From NCBI RefSeq assembly GCF_009914755.1, contig NC_060927.1: a DNA stretch of 64,000 nt; one strand, given 5' to 3'. Positions 1 through 12,948 of this stretch are shown one piece after another. The notes under the pieces were generated by a model. The model was not told where the DNA came from, ran no database searches, and saw only the letters and a program-made list of their open reading frames with translations. The stretch is from the human T2T-CHM13v2.0 reference genome, Homo sapiens. The translations under genes were made by a program, and so were the position numbers. The stretch's first letter is position 1; each line of letters begins with the position of its first letter.

Positions 1-110
1 TATTTTAGAGAGACAGTTTAACAACCACCTGACCATCATTGCCTGATATTTCTGGTTGGGGAGGGGCCTCACGGGTCCTGCTCATGTCTGCCTAACTACC
101 TACTCTAACA
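1..110 (-). mobile_element. ERV1 LTR 5' end (MER50/MER4-group-like), running off the window edge
   Basis: Reverse complement begins TGTTAGAGTAGGTAGTTAGGCAGACATGAGCAGG, a TG-starting LTR terminus resembling MER50-type LTRs. Confidence 0.5.
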
Positions 111-1120
111 ATATTGTCTCCTTTCTTTTTCAAAACATCCATTAGCATATTAATTACAGTTAATTTTTAAATTTCTTATCTGATAATTCCGACACTCCTG
201 CCACATTTGACTCTGGTTCTGATGCTTGTTCAGTCTCTTCAAACTGTGTTTTTTGTGTTTTGGTGCATCTTGTAATTTTTTGCAGGGAGGCAGATGATGG
301 ACTGGGTAAAAGTAACCATGGTAAATAGGCCTTTAGTAATGTAGTGGTTAGGTGTTGGAAGAGGGGAAGCATTCTATAGTTCTATGATCAAGCCTCAGTC
401 TTTTGGTGAGCCTGTGATCCTGGACTGTGAACCTCACAAGTAAGTCTGTTTTGTTTTGTTTTGGTTTCTCCCCCAGCAGATGGGATCGAATGCCTGGAGG
501 GCACTGAAATTAATGCATTTACCTTTGCCTAGGTGAGTCTAGAGAGAGCTGGAGTTGGATATTTCCCTTCCCCTAGGCAGGTTAGACCTGTATATAACCT
601 GGCAGGTTGGGCTCTGGTAAATAATTTCTCCTGAGGACAAGCCTTGTTAGAACAAAATGTTCTAGAGTATTACAAAATAATTCTCTTTGCCCTCTTCCTG
701 CTGGAAGCATGAGAAAAATTTTCTCCATTATTCACTGTGAGGACTCAGTAGAATTTCTGGTGGTAAAACTCACAAAGATCCCCCCATACATGCCCCCGGC
801 TACGGCTGGGTCCTCCTGGAGCTTTTATCTCTCAGGCTTGTCCGTAATCAGCCTTCAGTGATTCATCAATTACAATTTAGGTTTTCCTACCCTGTTACTG
901 GTTTCTACAAAAGTTTCTGTTTCTGGATTTCTGTTTGGGTAAAGTTGTGATTCTCTGCCATTCTCTCTCTCCGGTTTTGGGGGCAGTGACATATTCAGTG
1001 ACTTCATTTTTCTCATAATCTAAGAAGAGTTATTAATTTTTCAGTTTAACTTTTTACTTGCTGGGATGGAGTAAAGACCTCTAACCTCCTTACATGTTTG
1101 ACAAGAAACTGGAAGTGCAC
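111..1120 (-). mobile_element. Old L1M (L1MD/L1M4-like) 5'-region fragment
   Basis: Degenerate L1M motifs such as tctgataattcc...tctggttctgatgcttg and ctggagttggatatttcccttcccc. Confidence 0.55.
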
Positions 1121-1403
1121 CGCTTTTTTTCATAACTGATTTTTATACCCAGAGAAACTTTTATGAAAATAATATTTTTTTGTACCAAAGAAACATTTTC
1201 TAAAAATATCAGCAACTTTGGGTTTATTTTACTTTGTGTTGCTGCTGCTAAAGTACAGTTTGTTACTTAAAATAGTTTATAAATATATATCAATAGATAT
1301 AGATGTATAAAATACATTTTTTTCTTAAAAATGCTCTTCTATTTCTCTGTGTTACATACCTCTGGCTATTTTGGTCAATATATATAAGTAAAATGATGTC
1401 TGA

Positions 1404-1731
<328 letters not shown>

Positions 1732-2191
1732 TGAAGTTATTTTCCTGAATCATTATGTGATGTCATAGGATCTAAGGTAATTATTTTATTATTATTCTAC
1801 TTTACTGAGTAATAATTAAAATAAAACACCATTAATATTATAGAAATAATATCATTATTTTTATTAAGAAATAAACTTAATCAGTATCTCTGTTGTCCCC
1901 TTGAACTAGTCAAGAACTTTAATTTCATATCATGTTTTCTTCCCCCAACTTCCTAACACATCTCTTATTGAAAAGATCTCAGGTTTTACTTTTAAATATG
2001 TATTAGTCTTTTCTATAATACACAATTCTTTAGATTCTAAATTGATTGCTGCCTGTGCTCAATATTCCTTGTTCCAGCATCTTTGCTTGTTTCTTCTGAA
2101 AGATTTTAAGATTGTTTCTCTTACTCTGGCTTTTGATGCATTTGGATTGGAGACTACATTCTCCATCTTGCTTGATAATCAGTTTACTTTT

Positions 2192-2531
2192 TTTTCTTTT
2201 CTTTTTGTTTCTTTTTCTTTTTTTTGAGATACAGTCTAGCTTTGTCACCCAAGCTGCAGTGCAGTAGCACAAACAGGGCTGGCTTACTGCAGCCTCGACC
2301 TCGCAGGCTCAAGCAATTCTCCCACCTCAGGTTTCTGGGTACCTGGGACTATAGGCATGTGCCACCATGCCTGGCTAATTTTTTTTTGTATTTTGTAGAG
2401 AGGGAGTTTCACCATGTTCTCCAGTTTCATGATGTTCCCCAGGATGGTACTGAATTTCTAAGCTCAAGCAATTCACCTGCTTTGGCCTCTGAAAGTGCTG
2501 AGATTACAGGTGTGAGCCATTGTGCCTGGCC
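2192..2531 (-). mobile_element. AluJ
   Basis: Diverged Alu with J-type motifs (ctgcagcctcgacctc...ggctcaagcaatt); decayed TSD about 2175-2191 / 2533-2549. Confidence 0.9.
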
Positions 2532-2550
2532 AATAATTGGTAGACTTTTC

Positions 2551-2773
2551 TTTTTTTATTTTCACATTTTTAAAATTATACTTTAAGTTCTAGGGTACAT
2601 GTGCACAACATGCAGGTTTGTTACATAGGTATACATGTGCTATGTTGGTGTGCTGCACCCATTAACTCATCATTTACATTAGGTATATCTCCTAATGCTA
2701 TCCCTTCCCCCTCCCCCTACCCCACAACAGGCCCCCGTGTGTGATGTTCCCCTTCCTGTGTCCAAGTGTTCTC
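2551..2773 (-). mobile_element. 5'-truncated L1PA 3'UTR (L1PA4-6-like), about 220 bp
   Basis: ttatactttaagttctagggtacatgtgcac... L1PA 3' end; perfect 15-bp TSD ATTGGTAGACTTTTC at 2536-2550 and 2774-2788. Confidence 0.95.
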
Positions 2774-3633
2774 ATTGGTAGACTTTTCAATGTAAAGAAT
2801 GATGTCATCAGTTCTGTGTATTTATGTCATTGGTTGTAGTAGCAATAATAGTATTGTTATTGGGTTATTACCTCTATTACATTATTTTTCTTCCTTTGAA
2901 ATGAGTATTAAAATTTGGATCAATGTTGTCTTTTAATTTTTCTGATGTACTTTATTTTGTACCTTTCCCCTGCATTTTGGAAAAATTGATCAGATTCATC
3001 TTCAGCTGCAGCTATTCTACTATCCCATTCATTTACTGTGATTTTACTTTTGGCAATCATTTTCAAGATCTCTAGTTGGTAATATTTTTTACAACCAAGT
3101 TATTGATTCATGAATATATTAAACTCTCTTATTACTCTGAAGATACTAATACATTTCAAAGTATCTTTTTGCACTAGGAACTCTAGTTCCTAGGATGATG
3201 TATGTTTATTAAAGTTGGTGATTCTCTCTCTCTCTCTCTCCCATGTTACTTGTTTTCTTCAAGTGTTTGATGAATCCAGCTTGTCTCTTTATCTTTGTAT
3301 TTAAGAATGATTACCCTTTCTGAGAGTATTATTTTTTTCTTCCTCAGGCTATCTTTAAATTTGTAAAAGAGAAAGAAATGTGATATATGTCAGATTATCC
3401 TAACAGCATTGTAAATATGAGTGTTTCTTTATCCTTGTAAATGTAACCAATTATCCAAAGCCCACCCTGTGTCTTCAGGCCTAAGCAGTCAGTTACTGCT
3501 TTTTTGTTGGAAAAGAAGCCCATTTTACCTGACGGTTCATTGTCTGACAACAGAGTAAGACATGTGGGGAGAAGATCTCTCTACAAATTACCCTAAAGGT
3601 TGTCCTAGGACACTTCCCTGCTTAAGGCTCTAT

Positions 3634-3801
3634 TACTTTTGAACTTGGCAAACACACCTACAGAGTCATTTCTACCTTTTACAACTGTGCTTCCTTTTAT
3701 AGTTATAATCAGTATAAAATATATTATACTTTTTGAACTTGGCAAACACAGCTACAGAGTCATTTCTACCTTTTACAACTGTGCTTCCTTTTATAATTAT
3801 A
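3634..3801. repeat. Local direct duplication, two ~74-bp copies, 94-bp period
   Basis: ...ttttgaacttggcaaacaca(c/g)ctacagagtcatttctaccttttacaactgtgcttccttttata(g/a)ttata seen twice. Confidence 0.95.
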
Positions 3802-4033
3802 GAGCTACGATCGCAATAATCAAATTCTGTTTTATAATATATGTATATATTATAATCATGATCTATTATAACTTCTACTCAACAGAAGTGAAGTTTCCCT
3901 GTTTTTCAGCAGTGTAACTCATTCATATTGATTAAAACTTTATATATGTAAAAAAGATAAGTACCTTATGTATCATATGTTTATAATTTTACATATATGT
4001 GTACATACATGTGTACATATATAGCACGATTTC

Positions 4034-4341
4034 TTTTTTTTTTAATTTTAATTTTTGAGACAGAATCTCTCTGTGTCACCCAGGCTGGAGTGCAGTGGCA
4101 CAATCTCGGCTCCCTGCATCCTCCGCCTCCTGGGTTCAAGAGATTCTCCTGCCTCAGATTCTCCTGAGTAGCTAGGACTACAGGTGTACACCACCCCTCC
4201 CGGCTAATTTTTTGTATGTCTAATAGGGATGGGGTTTCACCATGTTGGCCAGGCTGGTCTCGAACTCTTGACCTCAAGCAATCTGCCTGCCTCTGCCTCC
4301 CAAAGTGCTAGGATTACAGGCGTGAGCCACCACGCCCGGCC
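4034..4341 (-). mobile_element. AluS
   Basis: Full antisense Alu ending ...cacgcccggcc. Confidence 0.92.
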
Positions 4342-4554
4342 TATATTGATTTCTAAATGTGTCAAAGGTGAGAAGGAGGTAGATATACATCCTGAGTTCA
4401 CCATTTGATTTATTCTTACACTCTATCTCTTTAAGCTGAGATTATAATCACTTTCTTGTTTTTTGTAAAAAGTTGCACTTCATATAGGATACACTTAATA
4501 GAAAGAAAGACTGTAAGTATCTGCCATTCCAGGAATTCAGAATAGCATATGCCA

Positions 4555-4558
<4 letters not shown>

Positions 4559-4588
<30 letters not shown>
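4559..4588. repeat. (TG)15 microsatellite
   Basis: Direct reading. Confidence 0.97.
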
Positions 4589-4590
<2 letters not shown>

Positions 4591-5258
4591 TTAAAGACCT
4601 AAAATAAACCTTCTAAAAGAAATATTATTAATCAGTATTCTTTTCTTGAAAAAAAAAAGTTTTGAAATATATTGCTCACAACATTTTTATCAGTATTAGA
4701 ATAATTGAAATTAGACTTATGTGCTTTTAATTTGTTTAAGTCCAGTGTTTAATTTTAGAAGTCTAATGCGTTACTGGCATTTCATAAATATTTTATGACA
4801 TGTACATTAGTAAAGATATAAATAACTAATGTCTTATCACAGTTACATTTTATCATGAAAATATTAAATTGTCTATAATAAACAATGTTCTTGAGCATAT
4901 TCCATTAACTACTTTTCTGGCTCTCTCTTTAATGGCGGTGTTGTCAATGCTGTGAAATTATCATGAATTTACCCCATAGGCAGCTGTATTTTCCTAGAAT
5001 TACTGACCTCAGGATTTATAAAGAGAGATAGAAATCCCCTTATCATATGAATTAATTTAGATGGGCTTACTGTTTGCAAAAGAAATGTTCCTAAAAAGAA
5101 AAAAGAATTTGTTTAGAAAAGTTATTGATAAAAATGCAATCTTCCTTTGTAACTTAAGATGTAAAAACCTTATCAGTTGATTTTGTTTTATATAAAAGTT
5201 AAATTTTATTCATACTTGTTTTTAAATTGTTGCTTGACGGTGGTTAAAAATGAGTTCT

Positions 5259-5554
5259 GGCCAGGCGCGGTAGCTCACGCCTGTAATCCCAACAGTTTGG
5301 GAGGCCAAGGCGGGTGGATCACATGGTCAGGAGTTCAAGACCAGCCTGACCAACATGGGTGAAACCCCATCTCTACTAAAAATACAAATATTAGCTGACG
5401 TGATGACACGTGCCTGTTGTACCAGCTACTCGGGAGGCTGAGGCAGGAGAATTGCTTGAACCTGGGAGGCAGAGGTTGCGGTGAGCCTAGATGGCGCCAC
5501 TGCACTCCAGCCTAGGCGACAAAGCAAGACTCCATCTCAAAAACAAACAAAAAC
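5259..5554 (+). mobile_element. AluS
   Basis: ggccaggcgcggtagctcacgcc... to A-rich tail; TSD ATGAGTTCT at 5250-5258 and 5555-5563. Confidence 0.95.
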
Positions 5555-6159
5555 ATGAGTTCTGAGTGCAATTCTGGTTTTCATAATTCTGAGAACAGTT
5601 CCAGAATAGAGTTAAATGTTGACCTTGACAAAACAACCCAGCCTCTCAGTCCCAATGGTTGTGTGTATCTTATTTTGAAATAAACTACAGCATACAGCAC
5701 TGACAACGTATTTTTTCAGGGTACCTTATAATCAGTTGAATCAAACACATCACATGGACCCCGGAGAATGAAACTTCTCTGGCTTTGAGCTTCTATCTAT
5801 TGCATATACTGGCCATAGATATATCTACTCAGGCAACTGAAAATAAACCTACTTGCTTGGAACCTGGAAAAAAAATCATATTTTGTACTAAAAGTAGGTT
5901 AAGTATGGACCTAACTGAATCAAATCAGATTTAACAAAACTTTACATTGACCAAGTATAAAAGAATAATAAAATAATTTAAAAAGATAAAAAATGGATAC
6001 TACAGTACTCCATGAGTTTAAATTTTTTTTTACCATCTTTCTTCTGTTTAATCTTCATTGTCCAGAGGAATATATACAAAATTTTTACATTTAAAAATAA
6101 TTCATATGTTTAACTGAGGAGCAGATTGAATTTGAACATTTAACTGGAAACTTGTTCAC

Positions 6160-6512
6160 TAGTACCTACTTCTCATCCATGGTTTCACTTTCCATTGTTT
6201 CAGTTACTAGTGGTTAACCACAGTCCAAAAGCATTAAATGGAATATTCCAGAAATTCATAAGTTTTTAATTGTGCACCATTCTGAAAAGCATAATGAAAT
6301 CTTGCTCCATCTTGCTCAGCATGTGAATCATTCCTTTGTCCAGTGTATCCACGCTGTATACATTAGCTGCCCGTCAGTCACTTCGTAGTTGTCTGGGTTA
6401 TCAGTAAAAAAAAAAAAACCCACAGTATATGTGAGCTTTCATACTATCCATGGTTTCAAGCATCCACTGGCGGTCTTAAAACATATCTCCCATGAATAAG
6501 GGGCGACTACTG
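6160..6512 (+). mobile_element. MER44A-like Tigger (TcMar) MITE
   Basis: Degenerate TIR ending ...gaataaggggcgactactg followed by TA; internal gtgaatcattcctttgtccagtgtatccacgctgtata. Confidence 0.8.
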
Positions 6513-6759
6513 TATTTGGCAGCTGAGTCTTTCTGAATGCATTTTGACAGCCTTTTCAATGGCAGTGTTTATAGCAAAACCAATCATTATACAACACATA
6601 ATGATCCAACAGCCTGAAAGCTATAGGTCCACTGTCTACCTAGAAGGAAGTAGGTAATTAAATATACAAGTATTATGTGGGAATGTGGTTGTGAAATGTT
6701 TTTATCCATGAGATTGAAACAGATACAACAAAAATAATTAGAAATATGCCAGAATCAAT

Positions 6760-6945
6760 GTTTAACCTATTAGATTTAGAATCGGAAAACATAGGTTTCT
6801 GCTATTGTTTATTAACTTTGAGGTTTTGGACTTCAGTTTCTTAAGTGAAAAGAGGAGATCATCATAATAATAATAACAATAACAAATTTAATTGAAGGAA
6901 TGATAACATCAAATGAGTTAATGTACATGAGAGTGTTTTTTAATT
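6760..6945 (+). mobile_element. MIR fragment
   Basis: cttcagtttc...aaatgagttaatgtacatgagagtg MIR core-like. Confidence 0.55.
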
Positions 6946-7965
6946 AAAAAATTAATAAAAATATTCTCATGTATATTAACTCATTTCTATGTTTAAGAAA
7001 TAGAAATCCACATTAATTAATTTTTAGTGGTATGATCCAAAATTAATAACAAATGAAAAAGTAAACATTATGAAACCAGTTTCACACATAAAACAGAGGG
7101 AATAATTCTCCATCCTTAATTCACAGGCCGTGTGTATTAGTAAAGGATGCGCATTCAAATTTAAAGCTTTGATTTTTCGGGGGGATTTTGTTTTTGCTCT
7201 CCGGGATTACCCAAAAGGGAAATTGTCTACCGTGATCATTTGTTTTTAAGTTCTCAACTTATTCCATAGGTTAAACATTTTTGGAGAAAACTCCACATGG
7301 CCATCTTTACAGTCTTATGGGCATTGGATTTGGAATCTAAGAGATCTGGGGTCTGTTTACAGGTGTCTCAGTAACTGTGTGGCTTCAGGAAAATCGTTTT
7401 AACCCATCTGAGTTGTGCCAAACCCAGAGTTTTTTGAATAATACATTTGAAAATGCTCTGTTGACTGTCAATTTCAATAGCAGCGCAGAGCAGCAGAGTG
7501 TCTCTGTCTGGGGTCAGGCAAGTGAGAGATTCTGGTTCTGCACGTGCCTCTCGCTCCCTTTGTGAACCCGAAAAAATCTCAGATCTCTCTGTGTACCTCA
7601 GTTACCTTATGTGTAAAATAAAAAGGTTTCACTAATCACCTCTGAGATTCCTTCCAGTATTTACACTGAAGTAATCCATGATTCACATTTAATGATTGTA
7701 TTTTAAAATGTTTAAGTGGCTAAACATTTTGGGGGAATTGCTAAAGCAGAAGATATATATTTGTTGTTATTGTTAGAGCAGGAAGATAACGTTGGTGAAA
7801 GGACAGTAATAGCAGGGACTGCCATGTGTTTTTTAATTATGTTTTTCTCTCCACTATCCCCTTTTCTACTCCTGAGCACCCAGGAGTGTGGTTACAGGAG
7901 GCCTCAGGGACTCAGACACAGAAAAGCACCTGCACGCCAACTTTCCCTCACTCTGTTTTTCATTT

Positions 7966-8173
7966 TCCGCCTCCTGGGTTCAAGCAATTCTCCTGCCTCA
8001 GACTCAGGAGAGTAACTGGGACTACAGGCGCCACCACCACGCCCAGCTAATTTTTGTATTTTTAGTAGAGATGGGGTTTCACCATGTTGACCAGGCTGGT
8101 CTCAAACTCCTGACCTTAGGTGATCTGCCTCCCAAAGTGTTGGGATTACAGGCGTGAGCCACCACACCTGGCC
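7966..8173 (-). mobile_element. AluS lacking its 3' end and tail
   Basis: Antisense Alu from 5' GGCC (8173) to ...aggcgga (7966); no poly(T) or second TSD on the left. Confidence 0.9.
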
Positions 8174-8999
8174 AGATATCTTTTTATTCCTTAACTTTTC
8201 ATAGTTTCTAGTCTTTAATGGAACTTCCAAAGTTTTTGGTGCTTGTGTCAGGCAGGCAGGAAGGATCTATGGGACATCAGAGAGGAGAAAAACATAGTCC
8301 CACATCTTGGGTGGCATCATGGAAGGGTTTTCTGAAGAAAAGAAATGATAAGAAGACAAAAGACTGCAGGCTGCAAGGTGTCCCTGGGGAATTTGTCCTA
8401 GAAAAGATGTTCGGCCCCACAATTTTCAGGTCCCCAGGATCCCATGGTCATGTTCTTCATGGATATTCATCCTCCCTGGTTTCCTGGGCCCTGTCAATCA
8501 GGATCTGCAAGTGTCTATCTCCCACTTCGGGAGGGTGAGATTTTTCAAGCATTCCAAATTGAAGCACATTTTCTTATACAAACTTGGTTATATTTGACAG
8601 CCAGTTACTGTAATTATTTTTGTAAAGTATTATAGGTACATTATGGGCTGAGTTGCTTTGTGCAGGACAAACTTGGATCCTGAACCAACATATATGCCAT
8701 GGTTTCCATAAGAAAATGGGACTTCAGTTCCAAACTACTCCTTCTTCTCTAAGTTGAGGAAGCCTTGGAGATAATTTTAAATATTTTCTTCGGAGTTTAT
8801 AGTATAAAAGGCATTTGAAAAATGAAGATCTGAGCTAATCCTGGTTTGGTGCTTGATATCTCTGGTAGTCTTGGGAGAATGGCTTAATCCCCCTAAGTTT
8901 CTGTTTGCTCAGTAGCAAGGTGAAGTGGACCATTTTTACCAGTTAAAAGTGACATGCCAAGCGTCTTGTAATAATCCTTACTTTTGATTCCATTCTCTG

Positions 9000-9670
<671 letters not shown>

Positions 9671-10104
9671 GAATAATAAGAAAGCTTTTTCACTCTTTCT
9701 GCACTGTCTCCCTGCTAGTTCACTGCTCTGTTTACCTGTGTTAAACATATCCCAAGTTGGCTAAGTAATCAAAGTTGCTCTACGTCCCAGAATCTATTAG
9801 CTGGAGCCCTGCAGGATGAGACCATGCTCCTTCCCCCTTACTCAGCCAGTCATGCTGACACAACTTTGGAGGTATGGGGAAGCGCCCAGAGCCCACACCC
9901 TTCTTTAAGGCTGTACCTTACCCCTTAGGCATGAAGTGTTCCAAAGTCTGAGTCAGCCATCCCTGTCCATTCACATGCCTGGCTGCAGTCCAATACTCAG
10001 ATAAGAAACCACCCAGGTGCTTGGCCTCAGAAAGCCAGCAATGAGGTGGTCTTGGCCAATGGAGACCAAATTAAACTAGTGAAGAATAAAGTAGCAAGCA
10101 AGCC

Positions 10105-10265
10105 CTAGATGGGAGTCAGGAAATCTTGCCTGGTTTCTGCATTGATAAAAGCTGTTTAACCTTTGGCAAGTCACTTTTTCTCTGGGCCTACTTTCATCTT
10201 CTGGACAGTTAATGGGTTGAGCCAAATGACCTCTAGAGTTTTGTTCAGTTCTCAGGTTCTAGGAT
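10105..10265 (+). mobile_element. MIR fragment
   Basis: ggagtcaggaaatct...acctttggcaagtcactttttctctgggcct. Confidence 0.65.
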
Positions 10266-10577
10266 CTAAAATCAAAGGCAGGCTAAGCATTTCTCATACC
10301 TGAAATGGTAATGATACTTACTTGCCTGTAGCAACCCCATCTTCAGGGGAAGGGGCAGAAGTAACAGCTTAAGTTCACTGACAGTGATGGCTTAAAATGC
10401 ACACAGGATACTGTCTGAGCCCTCATTTCATTGAGGCTAAGAGCCTAAGAAAGATTAGCCTTGCTGCCTCATAAAGCTTTACGTATTAGCAGAGGGTAAT
10501 GCTGTACTAGTACAAAGCAAAGGCCATGACCTGGGCTGCACTTATTATTTAAATGAGCAATGTACTACTACACATAC

Positions 10578-10780
10578 ATTGTGCAATTGCATCATATCCT
10601 TTGCGCAATCTATTCTGCAGAGTCTTCAGCAACCAGGGCGTTTGTGTCCTGTAGACAGGCTAGGATCAAACACCAATTGCTTTGCAATGGATCGATAAGA
10701 ATAATATTGATAATACCAGTACTTCTACCGAGAGTACCACCTTTTATTTAACATTTAATACATCCAAGACTTGTGCAACA
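10578..10780. promoter_or_regulatory. Candidate C/EBP-ATF4 enhancer motif cluster
   Basis: ATTGTGCAAT 10578-10587, ATTGCATCA 10586-10594, TTGCGCAAT 10601-10609, TTTGCAAT 10681-10688, TTGTGCAAC 10771-10779; motif evidence only. Confidence 0.35.
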
Positions 10781-11263
10781 CTCATTTTGTTCTTTTAACC
10801 ACTCTGGTAATGCAATATTTTTATCCCCATAATACAAATGAAGACAGTGAAGTTAACTTTAATATAATTAAGACAAAGTATATAAACTGGCTAAGAAAGC
10901 TTGGATGACAATTTTAATCTCTCACATTTGTATAGCATTTTAAGCTTACAAAATATATCTTAAAATATAATTCTATTTAGTTTTTACTATGATGTAGCAG
11001 CTGAGTAATGACTGTTTCCAATTTAAGAAATAAAAATTTGAGATGAGGGGAGATGGAAAAATGGTAGTTCAGATCCCTTGATCTTCAGTCCTGGGCCTTC
11101 CCAGTAACCCAGCAATCTGTGCTGAGACTCCTCACAGGTAAAGTGTGGCCCAGGTATAAGAAGCTTTCTGAAAAACAGTGCCTTCAAGTCAAACAAAGCC
11201 TATACAGCTGAATTCTGGAGCTTGGTTGAAATTGTGGATGAAGCAGAAGATAGGTTGGGGTAT

Positions 11264-11430
11264 GAACAAATGTAGAGAAAGAAGGAAGGGCAAAGATCAC
11301 ATTTTAATAATGTTCTGTACTGTACGTGAATAATGCCAACAGTACACTGTCACATTTGTGTTTAGCTCATTTTCAGCAACAGAGCAAGATCCCAGAGTGT
11401 AGCAAGAAGAGAGACCGTTTTGGGTGGAGA
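11264..11430 (+). repeat. Donor segment A of a dispersed local duplication (copy at 12682-12845)
   Basis: Collinear alignment with an identical 35-nt core AGAGCAAGATCCCAGAGTGTAGCAAGAAGAGAGAC. Confidence 0.92.
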
Positions 11431-11999
11431 TATTTCTGTTTCCGCAGGGGCTTTTATGCTCATTCAACTTGAAACTTCTAAAATAACTCATTATGTGTGG
11501 AATAGCAGGTGTTCACATTAAACATATTTGCTTGACCTCACTTAATCTATTATATAGTAAATGTTCCTCTTCTTCTCGTTTACCCAATCTTGGGTCATTA
11601 GTCAGACAGAATTAATTATTCACAATGTTTAGAAAGAAATTACATATCTGAGTCTTCACGGCAAGGAAAATTGACATATCAGGCTCCGAGTCAAACTAGG
11701 ATTGTCAGAGTTGACAGTGGTCATTCTGTTACTTGGGGAAAGTCAACGTTTAGAAAATTCAGAGTTGCTCTTATTTTGTTAAAGCGTAATTCACAAAGGA
11801 AGTGTAGATAAAACTTTCATTATGAAGCTTCAGTTCCACTTCTCTTATGCTTTGGTATCCCTTAATTTAATTATATCATTCTGCAATTTCAAGGATGATC
11901 ACATTAAAGTTATCCTTTAGCAAGACTTTTTGTTCATCAAGCTGCCTCTGCCAAAAATTTCTCAGTGAGCCTCAACTCTCTTCTTCATCAGCCTCTGCA

Positions 12000-12640
12000 C
12001 CTCCAAATGTTTGCTAATTTCTATCGATTCTGCCTCTTCAATATCCTTAAATTGTCTTTTTAATCTCAATTTTATGCCCTTAGATTTGGCCCACATCATT
12101 TTTTTTCTGTGAAAGGTTGCAATAGCATTTTAATTGTCATCCTGACCCTAACATGGGCTGGATTAGTGATGCAGTACCAATAAATTACCCCAATGTATAA
12201 AACCTTCCATGGTTCTGTAACCTCAGGATAAAATTCCAAATCCTGGACATTTTGCCTCCTGAGCCTCATTCCATGTCTGTCTACCATATGTTTCTTTAGC
12301 TGTACTAAATTACCTGCCATTCCCTGAACACCCTATGCTCTTCTAAGTCACTATGTTTCTGCTTATGGTGATCCCTTATTCGGAATGCGTTTTCTCTCCT
12401 TGCCCTGCTATTGATTTATCACCTTTTCTTCATAACTTTCTTCTCCTTTCAGCCATCTCTGACTGCTCTCTTCCCCAGGCTTCCACGATCCATTTACCCT
12501 TTGGCAATTTGTACAATCTTTTCATAGTTCTTGTTTCACTGTAATTTCAGTTACTGGCATATTTATTTGTTTGTTCATTAAACTGTGAACACAATTATCA
12601 AATACTATAATTGTGCTTTTATATTTTTCTATTCCTATAG
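12000..12640 (+). mobile_element. L2 3' fragment
   Basis: aaaaccttccatggttc...caggataaaattccaaatcct...ccctgaacaccctatgctc L2-like motifs. Confidence 0.65.
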
Positions 12641-12681
12641 ACTCGACAAATACTATTATAATGAATATTGATATTAAATTG

Positions 12682-12948
12682 GAACAAATGTAGAGAAGGA
12701 AGGAAGACAAGTGTTGTAATAGTATCCTGTACGGTATGCAAATCATGCTAACAGTACCCTGTCATATCTGTGTTTAGCTCATTTTCAGCAGCATAGAGCA
12801 AGATCCCAGAGTGTAGCAAGAAGAGAGACTGTTTGGGGTGGAGACGGGCAGGTCTTTTTTGGATCATTCAGCAAAAAAGAAAAAAATAAGTACCTTTTCT
12901 ACTTGCATTGGGAAGAAACAAAAAATATATATTGTTAAATATCCATTC
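12682..12948 (+). repeat. Chimeric duplicate A'+B' (copies of 11264-11430 and 13403-13491)
   Basis: First part aligns upstream, second part aligns downstream; flanked by an 18-bp inverted repeat at 12665-12682 / 12990-13007. Confidence 0.88.

Noticed and set aside
5710-5870. ttttttcag acceptor-like site followed by AATAAA (possible terminal exon)
   Set aside because: Such motifs are frequent by chance in AT-rich DNA; no ORF or partner exon.
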